From Actinomycetota bacterium (lineage in GTDB: Bacteria > Actinomycetota > Actinomycetes > Streptosporangiales > Streptosporangiaceae): 23,315 nucleotides of DNA. The notes below the pieces were generated by a model that did no database searches, was not told where the DNA came from, and was given only the letters and a program-made list of their open reading frames with translations. Below are positions 7,321 to 16,238 of this stretch, one piece after another; within the stretch, counting starts at the first letter, position 1; each line of letters opens with the position of its first letter. The stretch lies in the NCBI GenBank assembly GCA_027306495.1, contig DAHUZQ010000235.1:1-23315 (forward strand). Direction: 5' to 3'. Position numbers and translations under genes: made by a program.

Positions 7321-7457
7321 GGGGCCGGTGTGTGGTCGCCTCCTCGGCGAGTGGCACAACGCGGCTCCAGCCGGACGGTATTCCGCGAAGGCAGTGATAT
7401 TGCGGCCCGGGGGACACATCACACCAGCACTGATCGATAACAGTGCCGGTAGCTGAG

Positions 7458-8486
7458 CTATTCCGGGCGGCCGCACGGTCCCGGCCACACCAGGCCGGTG
7501 GCCGCGAGCACTGCTTCGGCGTCAGGCATGGCAGCCTGGGCACCACGGACGGTGACCGCCGTCGCCGCCACCGCGCACGCGGCGCGGACGGCCCGTTCCG
7601 GCTCAATCCCAGCCCCCACGGCCACAGCGAGCGCCCCGCAGAATGCGTCGCCTGCCCCGACCGTGTCAACCGCCCTCACCGGGAACGCTGGCACCACCAC
7701 CGTCGGCACCGGGGCGGTGGGACGACCGCCGCGGGCCCGGGCTGCCTTCGGGGACTGAGCCGTGCCCGGCGCGGACTGAGCCGTGCCCGGCGCGGATGCC
7801 AGGACCGCGCCCATAGCACCGAGCGTGATCACCACATGCCCGGGCCCCCACCCGGCCAGCGTCGCCGCGGCCTGTTCGGCCTGGCTCAGCCCGTGTACGC
7901 CCGTCCCAAGCAAGGACGCCGCTTCGCGGGCGTTGACCACCAGCCACCGCGGCCGCGCGGCCAGCAGGTCCCGCCCGCCCGCCGGGACGGGCGCGAGGTT
8001 GAGCACGGCCGGGATTTCGTGCCGGTGCGCCGCCACGAGTGCCGCGGCGAGTGCGGCCACCCCGATCTCGGCGCTGAGCAGGATCACCTCGCACGGGTGA
8101 ACCAGTGCCGCGTTCACGTCCTGTTCGCCAAGCAGCGAATTGGCGCCTGGCGCCACCGTGATCGCGTTCTCCCCCGCTTCATCCACGCTGATCAGGGCGA
8201 GCCCGGTGACCGCGCCCTCAGCCACCCGCAGCCCACTGGTGTCCACCCCCCGCGATCGCAGGCCGCTGACCAGCGTGGCCGCGAACTCATCGGCACCCAC
8301 GCACCCGTGCAGGCGCACCCGCGCGCCCAGTCGGGCAGCCGCGACGGCCTGGTTCGCACCCTTGCCGCCGGGGCCGATCACGGCTCCCGAGCCCAGGACC
8401 GTCTCTCCGGGGCTGGGCAACCGCGGCACCCTCACGCAGATGTCGGTATTCAGGCTGCCGATCACGGTGATGGTGGGACCCGGCAT
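7458..8486 (-). CDS. rbsK: ribokinase (PfkB family carbohydrate kinase) with a low-complexity insertion
   Basis: N-terminal ITVIGSLNTD...PxxGET matches the ribokinase pattern. The GGKGANQAVAAARLG signature-1 and DTVGAGDAF signature-2 are present. ATG start with GAGGAGG 7 nt upstream. Confidence 0.75.
   Translation of the reverse strand: MPGPTITVIGSLNTDICVRVPRLPSPGETVLGSGAVIGPGGKGANQAVAAARLGARVRLHGCVGADEFAATLVSGLRSRGVDTSGLRVAEGAVTGLALISVDEAGENAITVAPGANSLLGEQDVNAALVHPCEVILLSAEIGVAALAAALVAAHRHEIPAVLNLAPVPAGGRDLLAARPRWLVVNAREAASLLGTGVHGLSQAEQAAATLAGWGPGHVVITLGAMGAVLASAPGTAQSAPGTAQSPKAARARGGRPTAPVPTVVVPAFPVRAVDTVGAGDAFCGALAVAVGAGIEPERAVRAACAVAATAVTVRGAQAAMPDAEAVLAATGLVWPGPCGRPE
7752..7793. repeat. 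perfect 21-bp tandem duplication (ggactgagccgtgcccggcgc x2) inside the ribokinase CDS, encoding SAPGTAQ-SAPGTAQ
   Basis: Two identical adjacent 21-bp units read from the sequence. It is in frame, and lies within an insertion of about 25 aa relative to canonical ribokinases, just before the DTVGAGD motif. Confidence 0.9.
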
Positions 8487-8601
8487 CGCTGCGCCTCCTC
8501 GGGCGACACCCCGGCCACGGGCTGGGCCCGCAGTCGGGGTGGACCAGCGGGTTCACGGTATCCCGGCCGGGCCGCGCACCGCGCACATCGGGTAGTGTTC
8601 A

Positions 8602-10632
8602 ATGATCGTTGCGATGGTTAGCCACACATCCGTCCGGACCCTGATCCTGGGTGTAACGGCCTCGGGGCGGCTAGTGGAGCATGACCGCACCGCCCCCGAA
8701 GTCATCGCCGCCCCGGACGGGCCGCTGCTTGGTGCGCAGTTCAGCGATGTGATCGCCGAACCGGCGCTGCCGGGGTCTGCGCTCGCGGGTGTGCTGGAGG
8801 CGATCTCAGCCGGACGGGAGGCTACCGCCGTCCTCGCCGTACGGACCCGCCGCGGCCACCCGGTCGAGGCCGTCGTGTCCGTGCAGCCCATGCGCAGCAG
8901 TGAATCCAAGGTCGCGGCGCTGATCATGCTACGGGTCCCACCACCGAGCGAAGAGCAGTTCATGGACCCGGCGGTCATCCGTTACGCACTGCTCAGCGAC
9001 ACCTTCCGGCATATCGGGACCACTTTGGACCTCGACCAGATGGCCCGGGGGCTGGTCAACATCCTGGTCCCGCATTTCTGCAACGCCGCCGGCCTGCTGG
9101 TGCTGGAAAGCCTCGCCGCGGCCGACGAGCCCACGCCGCGGGCAGAGGGCGACCATCTGCTGCGCCGGCTCGCGTTCGCCGGCGACCCCGGCGACGCGGC
9201 GTGGGAGGCGATGTTCCCGCTCGGCGAAACCGTGCGGCACGCACCCGGCAGCCCGCAGGCACTCTGCCTGCAAACAGGTAAGCCCATGCGGGAGTCGGAT
9301 GTCGGCATCGGCCACTCCTTCACACGCTCCCCGATGCACGGGCCGGCGACGCATCTGCTCGATCGTGCGTCCATGCTGGTGCTTCCCCTGATATCCGGCG
9401 ACAGCGTGCTGGGCGAGATCGTGTGCCTGCGCCGCTCGGGCCTGCGCGCCTTCGACTCCTATGACACAGAGATCGGCATGGAGTTCGCGAGCCGGGCCGC
9501 CATCTTCACCGAGAACGCGCGGCGCTACAACCGGGAACGGACCACGGCGATCATGTTGCAGCGCAGCCTGCTGCCGACCGGCCTGACGGTTCCCTCCTCC
9601 GTCCAGGTTGCCCACCGCTATCTGCCCGGCAGCCATCTCGTCGAGGTCGGCGGCGATTGGTATGAGTCGCTCACGCTGCCCGGGGCGCGGGCGGCCCTGG
9701 TGGTCGGGGATGTGGCAGGCCACGGGGTGGGTGCCGCCGTGACCATGGGCCGGCTGCGGACCGCCATCCAGACCCTCGCCATGCTGGAACTCCCGCCGTC
9801 GGAGTCGCTGCAGCAGCTCGACGAACTCATGCATGTGATCGGCGTCCGCGAACCGCACTTCGCCACCTGCGTCTACGCGACCTACGACGCGGTGAACGGC
9901 ACCTGCGAGATCGCGTCGGCGGGCCACCTCCCGCCCCTGCTCGTCAGCCCCGATGGGGCCGCCCGCTACCTTGACCTGCCCGCGGCACCACCGCTGGGCG
10001 TGGGTGAAGGCCCCATCCGCAGCACGGCCCTCACCGTAGAGGACGGGAGCCTGCTGATCCTCTACACCGACGGCCTGGTGGAGAGCCGCACCGCCGACAT
10101 CGATGTGGGCCTGGAACGGCTGCGGGCGGCGTTCGCCGCCGGTGTGGCGGACCTGACGGTAGAGGAACTCTGCACGGCCGCCCTGGCCAGTGCCTATGCC
10201 GAGGAGCAGCGTGACGATATCGCCGTGCTGATCGCGCGGTTGCGCCGGATCGACCCTGGGCAGCACGTCTCCTGGGATCTGCCGGGGGAGGTCACAACCG
10301 CCGGCCGGGCGCGGGCGCTGGTCGGCGAGCCGCTGGCGCGGTGGGACCTGGCGGCCATGCTGCCGCTCACCCAGTTGCTCGTATCCGAACTGGTGACCAA
10401 CGCGATCCGCTACACCAGCGGCCCGGTGATGGTGCGTCTCATCAACGAGGGCTCGCTGGTGTGCGAGGTGTACGACAACTCACCGGCATTGCCCAGGCTC
10501 CGGCATGCGGCCCGCGACGATGAATGCGGCCGCGGGCTGGAGATCGTCAGCCAGATGTCGGACCGGTGGGGCGCGCGGCGCACTCCTTCGGGCAAAGTCG
10601 TCTGGTGCGAGCAGAAGCTCCCCAATCGCTGA
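8602..10632 (+). CDS. multidomain signalling protein: N-terminal sensor region + GAF + PP2C/SpoIIE phosphatase + C-terminal RsbW/SpoIIAB-like HATPase_c kinase domain
   Basis: GAF-like region spans about aa 130-300. SpoIIE/PP2C motifs are present: ERTTAIMLQRSLLP, GGDWYE, GDVAGHGVGAA and LLILYTDGLVE. The C-terminal part carries ELVTNAIRY...GRGLEIV, the N-box/G-box of anti-sigma-factor-type kinases. ATG at 8602; an alternative start is the ATG at 8614. Confidence 0.8.
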   Translation: MIVAMVSHTSVRTLILGVTASGRLVEHDRTAPEVIAAPDGPLLGAQFSDVIAEPALPGSALAGVLEAISAGREATAVLAVRTRRGHPVEAVVSVQPMRSSESKVAALIMLRVPPPSEEQFMDPAVIRYALLSDTFRHIGTTLDLDQMARGLVNILVPHFCNAAGLLVLESLAAADEPTPRAEGDHLLRRLAFAGDPGDAAWEAMFPLGETVRHAPGSPQALCLQTGKPMRESDVGIGHSFTRSPMHGPATHLLDRASMLVLPLISGDSVLGEIVCLRRSGLRAFDSYDTEIGMEFASRAAIFTENARRYNRERTTAIMLQRSLLPTGLTVPSSVQVAHRYLPGSHLVEVGGDWYESLTLPGARAALVVGDVAGHGVGAAVTMGRLRTAIQTLAMLELPPSESLQQLDELMHVIGVREPHFATCVYATYDAVNGTCEIASAGHLPPLLVSPDGAARYLDLPAAPPLGVGEGPIRSTALTVEDGSLLILYTDGLVESRTADIDVGLERLRAAFAAGVADLTVEELCTAALASAYAEEQRDDIAVLIARLRRIDPGQHVSWDLPGEVTTAGRARALVGEPLARWDLAAMLPLTQLLVSELVTNAIRYTSGPVMVRLINEGSLVCEVYDNSPALPRLRHAARDDECGRGLEIVSQMSDRWGARRTPSGKVVWCEQKLPNR

Positions 10633-10660
10633 CCAGGTCCAGCGGTCAGGACGCCGGCGT

Positions 10661-11662
10661 TCAGCCACGCAGCGCGCGCAGTGACTGCCGCAGTGAGCCC
10701 ATGGTGGCGAGCACCGCGGACGGCTCGTAGCCGCAGTGCGCCATGCAGTTCGCGCACCGGGGGTCCCTGCCCCGGCCGTAGGCTTCCCAGTCGGTGGTCT
10801 CGATGAGCTCGGCGTACGTGCGGGCGTAGCCGTCGGCCATCAGGTAGCAGGGCCGCTGCCAGCCGAGCAGCGAGTAGGACGGGATACCCCAGGCGGTGCA
10901 GCCGAAGTCGGTCTTGCCCTCCAGGAAGTCCAGGAACAGCGGTGAGTGGTTCAGCCGCCAGCGCCGCCGGTTACCGCCTGCGAACGCCTTGCGGAACAGT
11001 TCCCGGGTCTCACCGACACCCAGGAAGTGCTCCTGGTCGGGCGCCTTCTCGTAGGCATAGGCCGGGGAGATCTGCATCTGGTCGATGCCCAGGTCGTCGT
11101 TGAGGTAGCTCAGCACGTCGATCACGGTCTGCGCAGTGTCGGTGTTGAAGAAGGTGGTGTTGGTGTTGACCTTGAACCCGCGCGCCTTGAGTTGGCGCAC
11201 CGCTGCCACAGCTTCGTCGAAGACGCCCTCCTTGCAGACTGATTCGTCGTGGCGGTCCCGCAGGCCGTCGATGTGCACGACCCACGCGAAGTAGGGCGAC
11301 GGGGCGAACTTGTCGATCTTCTTGCTGACGAGCAGCGCGTTGGTGCACAGGAACACGAACTTCTTGCGGGCGATGAGCCCGCGCACGATCTGGTCTATCT
11401 GCGGGTGCATCAGCGGCTCGCCGCCGGCGATCGACACCATCGGCGCCCCGCACTCCTCGATCGCCGCGATCGCCTGCTCGACCGGCATCCGTTGCTTCAG
11501 GATGTCGTGCGGATGGGCGATCTTGCCGCACCCTGCGCACTTCAGGTTGCACGCGAACAGCGGCTCCAGTTCCACCAGCAGCGGGAACTTCTGCCTTCCG
11601 GCCAGCTTCTGGCGCAGCAGATATGACCCGATCGCGAGGCTCTGGCGCAGTGGCATGCTCAT
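10661..11662 (-). CDS. hpnH: adenosylhopane synthase HpnH (radical SAM, hopanoid side-chain formation)
   Basis: CNLKCAGC radical-SAM cluster motif (CxxxCxxC) near the N-terminus. C-terminal Cys cluster (CANCMAHCGYEP) typical of HpnH. Located in the hopanoid operon. Confidence 0.9.
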   Translation of the reverse strand: MSMPLRQSLAIGSYLLRQKLAGRQKFPLLVELEPLFACNLKCAGCGKIAHPHDILKQRMPVEQAIAAIEECGAPMVSIAGGEPLMHPQIDQIVRGLIARKKFVFLCTNALLVSKKIDKFAPSPYFAWVVHIDGLRDRHDESVCKEGVFDEAVAAVRQLKARGFKVNTNTTFFNTDTAQTVIDVLSYLNDDLGIDQMQISPAYAYEKAPDQEHFLGVGETRELFRKAFAGGNRRRWRLNHSPLFLDFLEGKTDFGCTAWGIPSYSLLGWQRPCYLMADGYARTYAELIETTDWEAYGRGRDPRCANCMAHCGYEPSAVLATMGSLRQSLRALRG

Positions 11663-13209
11663 CAGGACCTGACCTCCCTCGGCAGGCTGAATCGGATGTT
11701 CTCAGTGGTGATCACACGCTCGCTGACCCGCACCGGGCCGAGCCCGCCGAGCGCGTCGATGATCTCTGCGACCACCGAAGGCGGGGCGGACGCCCCAGCC
11801 GTCAGCCCCACCGTCCTCACCCCGGCCAGCCAGCTCAGCGCGATGTCGGCGGGCCCGTCGATCAGGTGCGCCCGAACCCCCGTGCGCTCGGCGGTCTCCA
11901 CCAGCCGGACCGAATTGGAGGAGTTCGCCGACCCGGCCACCAGCACCAGGTCCGAGGCGGCCGCGACCGCCCGGACCGCGTGCTGACGGTTGGTCGTCGC
12001 GTAGCAGATGTCGTCGCTGCCCGGCGCGCGGGCAGCCGGGAAGCGCTCCAGCAGCGCCCGGGCGACCTCAGCCGCCTCGTCCGTGGACAGGGTCGTCTGC
12101 ATGAGGTAGGCGACCTTGCCCTCGTCGGCGGGGCGCAGCCGGGCCACATCCTCGACGGTTTCCACCAGCGCCATCGCCGCGGGCGCCTCGCCGAGTGTCC
12201 CCTCGACCTCTTCGTGCCCGGCGTGACCGATCAGGGCCACCAGGTAGCCTTCGGCGGCGAACCGCCGGGCCTCGGCATGGACCTTGGACACTAGCGGGCA
12301 GGTGGCGTCCACCGCCGTAAGCCCGCGCCCGGCGGCCTCCTCCCGCACCGCCGGTGAAACCCCGTGTGCGGAGAACACCACCCGGGCCCCGTCCGGCACC
12401 TGCGACAGTTCGTCGACGAATACCGCGCCCCGCCGCTCCAGGCCGGCCACCACGTGGGTGTTGTGCACGATCTGCTTGCGCACGTAGACCGGTGGCCCAT
12501 GCTGGGCAAGCACGCGTTCCACGATCTCGACAGCACGCTCCACCCCCGCGCAGAACGACCTCGGGCCGGCCAGCAGCACTTCCCGCGGGCCGGCGGCGGC
12601 GGCCCACCTGGCGAGCACCGGCCCGGCCGCGCGCAGCGAGCGCAGTGCCGCGGTGCCGCCGCGGATCAGCGCCGGGGAGAGCAGCGGCTGGCCCGCCGTA
12701 TCCGATACCGCCCGGATCACCGCCAGCGGCCGGTCACCCGCGGCCGCCGCCAGGTCGAACGATTCGCGGTCGGCCACCAGCGCTCCCCAGCCAGCCAGCC
12801 GTTCCCGCTGATGGCCGCGCACAAGGCGGTCCACGGTCACCACCCGCCCCGCCCGGGCGCGCAGGCCCGCCCGCCGTAGCTCGCCGGCCAGCAGGGGAGC
12901 GGCCGGGCACGCGATCATGGCACGGCCGTCGGTCACCTCGTTCCCTACCACACTGTCGCCGGGGACCAGGTCCGCGGCAAGCCCTCCGCTGGTCCCCGCG
13001 ACCGCCAGCATCCGGAAATCCTCGCGGGTGAGCCGTGCCGCCCGGCTGCGCGCCCGGGCCCGGCCATAGCCGGTGACCAGCACCCGCCCGCCGTTCCCGA
13101 GTCCACCCCGGACAGCCCGCGCCTCCGGCCACAGCGGGGCACAGACCACCAGTGCCGGACCGGGTGGCCCAGGATCGGCCGGCGCCGCCCGCTGGGGTGG
13201 CCCGGTCAT
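11662..13209 (-). CDS. ispH: fusion protein: N-terminal HpnG-like purine nucleosidase (PNP/MTA-nucleosidase fold) + C-terminal IspH/LytB (4-hydroxy-3-methylbut-2-enyl diphosphate reductase)
   Basis: N-terminal part has [14 protein letters not shown] (catalytic Glu region) and [11 protein letters not shown] (SDxA motif), as in MTA/adenosylhopane nucleosidases. From about aa 205 ([23 protein letters not shown]) to the end is a full-length IspH, with the conserved Cys at AVDATCPLV and a third Cys near ICYATTNRQ. The ATG overlaps the shc stop (ATGA). Confidence 0.8.
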   Translation of the reverse strand: MTGPPQRAAPADPGPPGPALVVCAPLWPEARAVRGGLGNGGRVLVTGYGRARARSRAARLTREDFRMLAVAGTSGGLAADLVPGDSVVGNEVTDGRAMIACPAAPLLAGELRRAGLRARAGRVVTVDRLVRGHQRERLAGWGALVADRESFDLAAAAGDRPLAVIRAVSDTAGQPLLSPALIRGGTAALRSLRAAGPVLARWAAAAGPREVLLAGPRSFCAGVERAVEIVERVLAQHGPPVYVRKQIVHNTHVVAGLERRGAVFVDELSQVPDGARVVFSAHGVSPAVREEAAGRGLTAVDATCPLVSKVHAEARRFAAEGYLVALIGHAGHEEVEGTLGEAPAAMALVETVEDVARLRPADEGKVAYLMQTTLSTDEAAEVARALLERFPAARAPGSDDICYATTNRQHAVRAVAAASDLVLVAGSANSSNSVRLVETAERTGVRAHLIDGPADIALSWLAGVRTVGLTAGASAPPSVVAEIIDALGGLGPVRVSERVITTENIRFSLPREVRS

Positions 13210-15140
13210 GGTGTCACCGCCAGATACCGGCCGAGTGCGCTCACCGGGAACACCAGCCGGTAGAGGTGGTAGTTCAGGTAGAAGTCACCGGGGAACCCAG
13301 TCCCGGTGAACTGCGGTTCGTCCCAGCCGCCGTCACCGCGCTGGTGCTCGGCCAGCCAGCCGATGCCGCGCTCCACAGCGGGGCCGGTTTCCGGTACGGC
13401 GAGCAGGGCCAGCAGCGCCCAGGCCGTCTGGGAGGCGGTGGAGACGCCGCGCCCAGCCAGCGACCTCTCATCGTAGGAACGCAGATCCTCGCCCCACCCG
13501 CCGTCGGAGTTCTGGTGCTCCTCCAGCCAGGCGACCGCCCGCCGGATGGCCGGCTTGGAGGCCGGGACGCCGGCCGCGATCAGCGCGGGGACCACGGCGC
13601 CGGTGCCATAGATGTAGTTGGCGCCCCAGCGGCCGAACCATGATCCGTCGGCTTCCTGTGCCCGCAGCAGCCAGACGACTCCACGCCGGGCGGCCGGGCT
13701 GCGGGCCAGGCCCTCGGCGGCCAGTGCCTCGACCACATGGGCGGTCACATCGGCCGACGGCGGGTCGGTCACAGCCCCGAAGTCGCAGAACGGCAGCTTG
13801 CCCACCAGGGTGGAGGTGTTGTCGGCGTCGAACGCTGCCCACCCTCCGTCCCGGCTCGCCATGGCGGTCATCCACCGCATGCCACGCTCGATGGCGGCCA
13901 GGCGGCCAGCGTCCGCGCCGTCCGTGCGGGCCCGCCGCAGCGCCAGCACTACCTCGGCGGTGTCATCGATGTCGGGATAGTTGTCGTTGTCGAACTCGAA
14001 CGCCCAGCCCCCGGGCGCCGCGCGCGGCCTGCGGACCCGCCAGTCGCCCGGGCCGGCGATCTCCTCGGCGAGCAGCCACCCGGCGGCCGCCCTGATCGCG
14101 GGGTGGTCCGGGGGCAGCCCGGCGTCGGCCAGGGCGGTGACCGCCAGCGCCGTGTCCCACACCGGTGACTGGCACGCCTCCAGGCGGCGTACCGGGCCCT
14201 CGGGCGAGTCCTCGACGATGGTGAACCTCTCCAGCCCGGCCAGCGCCCGCCGCATCACCGGGTGGCTGTTGCCGTACCCGAGCAGATGCAGTGCGATGAG
14301 CGAGTACACCCAGGGTGGCTGGATCCCGCCCCAGCAGCCGTCCCGTTCCTGGCGGGCCAGGATCCAGTCCGCGCAGCGGCGCAGCGCTGCCCGCCGGGCG
14401 GCGGTGGCGGGAGCGGCCCGGCCCACGTACCGCTCCCAGGTGTGCAGGGCCCGGTCCAGCTTGCCGAATGCCGCAGCCCACCCCCGGGAGTCCGGCGCCG
14501 TGGCCCGGCGGCGCCCGGCCGGGCCGCCCACCCGCAGTTCGGCCACCGTGAACGGCAGCGACCGCACCGGCCGCAACGCGGAGACGACCGTGAGCGGGAC
14601 GATGGTCTGACGTGCCCAGCATCCCCAGTCATAAATGTTGAAGGGCGCCCACGAGGGCAGGTAGATCAGTTCGGGGGGCATCACCGGCAGGTCGTCCCAC
14701 GACCATTCGCCGAACAGTGCGAGCCAGATCCGGGTGAACACGCGGGTGGCGTTGATGCCGCCCTGTTCGCGGATCCACGCCGCGGCCAGCCGCAGCGGCT
14801 CCTCCCGGGGGGAGTGCCCGGCCAGTCGCAGCGCGATGTATGCCTCCACCGTCGTGGACAGGTCGCCGGGGCCGCCGAAGAAGTTTGCCCACGTGCCGTC
14901 CTGGCGCTGCTGTGAGGCGATCCACCGGGCGGATGCCAGCGTCTGCTCCGCCGTCCGCACCCCGAGGAATTCGCGCATCAGCAGATCCTCGGCGTCCATG
15001 GTGACGTTCGTCTCCAGCTCGCCTTTCCACCAGCCCTGCCCCTGCTGCAGGCCGAGCAGGTGATCGACCGCCCGCCGCAGGGCGGCCCGGGCCGCGGGGG
15101 TGGCAGCGGGCTGGCTGGGGCGCGGCGCGGTCACGGTCAT
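13206..15140 (-). CDS. shc: squalene-hopene cyclase
   Basis: Multiple QW repeats ([45 protein letters not shown]) and the catalytic DIDDTAEV (DxDDTA) motif. The track ORF starts at a GTG at 15314, giving a 58-aa Arg/Pro-rich extension that overlaps the upstream gene. The ATG at about 15140 is preceded by GGAGGTG 8 nt upstream and leaves a 34-bp gap, so it is the preferred start. Confidence 0.9.
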   Translation of the reverse strand: MTVTAPRPSQPAATPAARAALRRAVDHLLGLQQGQGWWKGELETNVTMDAEDLLMREFLGVRTAEQTLASARWIASQQRQDGTWANFFGGPGDLSTTVEAYIALRLAGHSPREEPLRLAAAWIREQGGINATRVFTRIWLALFGEWSWDDLPVMPPELIYLPSWAPFNIYDWGCWARQTIVPLTVVSALRPVRSLPFTVAELRVGGPAGRRRATAPDSRGWAAAFGKLDRALHTWERYVGRAAPATAARRAALRRCADWILARQERDGCWGGIQPPWVYSLIALHLLGYGNSHPVMRRALAGLERFTIVEDSPEGPVRRLEACQSPVWDTALAVTALADAGLPPDHPAIRAAAGWLLAEEIAGPGDWRVRRPRAAPGGWAFEFDNDNYPDIDDTAEVVLALRRARTDGADAGRLAAIERGMRWMTAMASRDGGWAAFDADNTSTLVGKLPFCDFGAVTDPPSADVTAHVVEALAAEGLARSPAARRGVVWLLRAQEADGSWFGRWGANYIYGTGAVVPALIAAGVPASKPAIRRAVAWLEEHQNSDGGWGEDLRSYDERSLAGRGVSTASQTAWALLALLAVPETGPAVERGIGWLAEHQRGDGGWDEPQFTGTGFPGDFYLNYHLYRLVFPVSALGRYLAVTP

Positions 15141-15174
15141 GGGTGCGGGCACCTCCGTCTCGGCACGGCCGCGC

Positions 15175-16230
15175 TCACCACTGCCGGGCCGTGATGAACT
15201 CGGCGATGCTGGCGAACTCCGCCCGGACCTCGTCCGGCATCGGCGCCTGCGCCAGGCAGGCGTGCGCGGCGGCAAGCTGGGCGGCGGCCTCCTGCTCGGT
15301 CCAGCTCTTGCCACCTGCCTCCTCGACCAGCCGGGCGGCCCGCGCCAGCTCCGGTTCGCTCAGCGCCGCGCTGTCGCGCAGGAGGTCCGCCAGAGCGGCG
15401 GCGGGGGCGGTGCCGGCCTGCAGGGCTGCCACCACAGGCAGGGACTTCTTGCGCGCGCGCAGGTCCGAGCGGACGGGCTTGCCGGTCACCTCTGGCGCGC
15501 CCCAGATCCCGAGCAGGTCATCGGTGAGCTGGAAGGCCAGGCCCACATGCGCGCCGAACCCGGCCAGGCCCATCGCCAGCTCCGGGGATGCCCCCACGTG
15601 GATGGCGCCGATGCTGCACGCGCAGGCCATGAGCGCGGCCGTCTTGTCCCCGGCCATGGCCAGGCACTCGGCGAGCGGGACGTCCTCCCGCTGCTCGAAT
15701 GCCAGGTCCGCGCCCTGACCCGCGATCAGCCGCTGGACCGCCACCGACAGGCATCTGGCGGCCCACAGGCCCTGCGGTGCGGTGTCCTCGAGCAGCAGGT
15801 CCTGGGCGAGTGCGAGCAGCGCGTCGCCGGCCAGGATGGCCGCGCCCACCCCGAAAACAGTCCATGCGGTGGGCCGGTGCCGGCGCTCGGTGTCGCCGTC
15901 CATGATGTCGTCGTGCAGCAGCGAGAAGTTGTGCACCAGTTCCACCGCTACCGCGGCGGGAATCCCCTGCTCCGGGACGGCGTGGGCGGCACGGGCCGAG
16001 AGCAGGGTGAGTGCGGGCCGCAGCGCTTTGCCCCCGGACTTGCCACGGCCAGCAGCCGCGCCCGGATGCCGGCCGGCCCGGGCCGGAACGGTGGACTCGC
16101 TCCAGCCGTCGCCGCCGGCGAGCCCGAGGTGATAGACCGCCACCTTGCGCACGTCTGGGCTGAGCCGCGCCACCGCCGCTCCCAGTGCGGGACCGACCAG
16201 GTCACGGGCGTACTCAACGCCGGCCGGCAT
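15175..16230 (-). CDS. polyprenyl diphosphate synthase (FPP/GGPP synthase family) of the hopanoid operon
   Basis: First Asp-rich motif LLHDDIMD (DDxxD) and second Asp-rich motif LTDDLLG. The track ORF begins 89 codons upstream (16497) in an Arg-rich overlap with hpnE. The ATG at 16228-16230 (MPAGVEYARDL...) lies 8 bp after the hpnE stop. Confidence 0.8.
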   Translation of the reverse strand: MPAGVEYARDLVGPALGAAVARLSPDVRKVAVYHLGLAGGDGWSESTVPARAGRHPGAAAGRGKSGGKALRPALTLLSARAAHAVPEQGIPAAVAVELVHNFSLLHDDIMDGDTERRHRPTAWTVFGVGAAILAGDALLALAQDLLLEDTAPQGLWAARCLSVAVQRLIAGQGADLAFEQREDVPLAECLAMAGDKTAALMACACSIGAIHVGASPELAMGLAGFGAHVGLAFQLTDDLLGIWGAPEVTGKPVRSDLRARKKSLPVVAALQAGTAPAAALADLLRDSAALSEPELARAARLVEEAGGKSWTEQEAAAQLAAAHACLAQAPMPDEVRAEFASIAEFITARQW

Positions 16231-16238
16231 GACGGCGG

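Noticed and set aside
7458-8486. Ribokinase as a functional member of the hopanoid pathway (ribosylhopane link)
   Set aside because: HpnG releases adenine, not free ribose. No established role for ribokinase in hopanoid synthesis exists, so the adjacency is more likely incidental.
10633-10660. 10-bp palindrome ACGCCGGCGT between convergent hpnH and the GAF-PP2C-kinase gene, considered as a bidirectional terminator
   Set aside because: There is no loop and no U-tract. GC-rich 8-10-bp palindromes occur by chance several times in this window (e.g. CGCCCGGGCG at about 6880, CCCGGCCGGG at about 8557).
15141-15314. N-terminal extensions of shc (to 15314), the polyprenyl synthase (to 16497), hpnE (to 18266), hpnD (to 18691) and hpnC (to 19637) as given by the ORF track
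   Set aside because: The extensions are low-complexity and overlap the upstream gene by 17-500 bp. Internal starts have RBSs and give the compact stop/start couplings expected in this operon.
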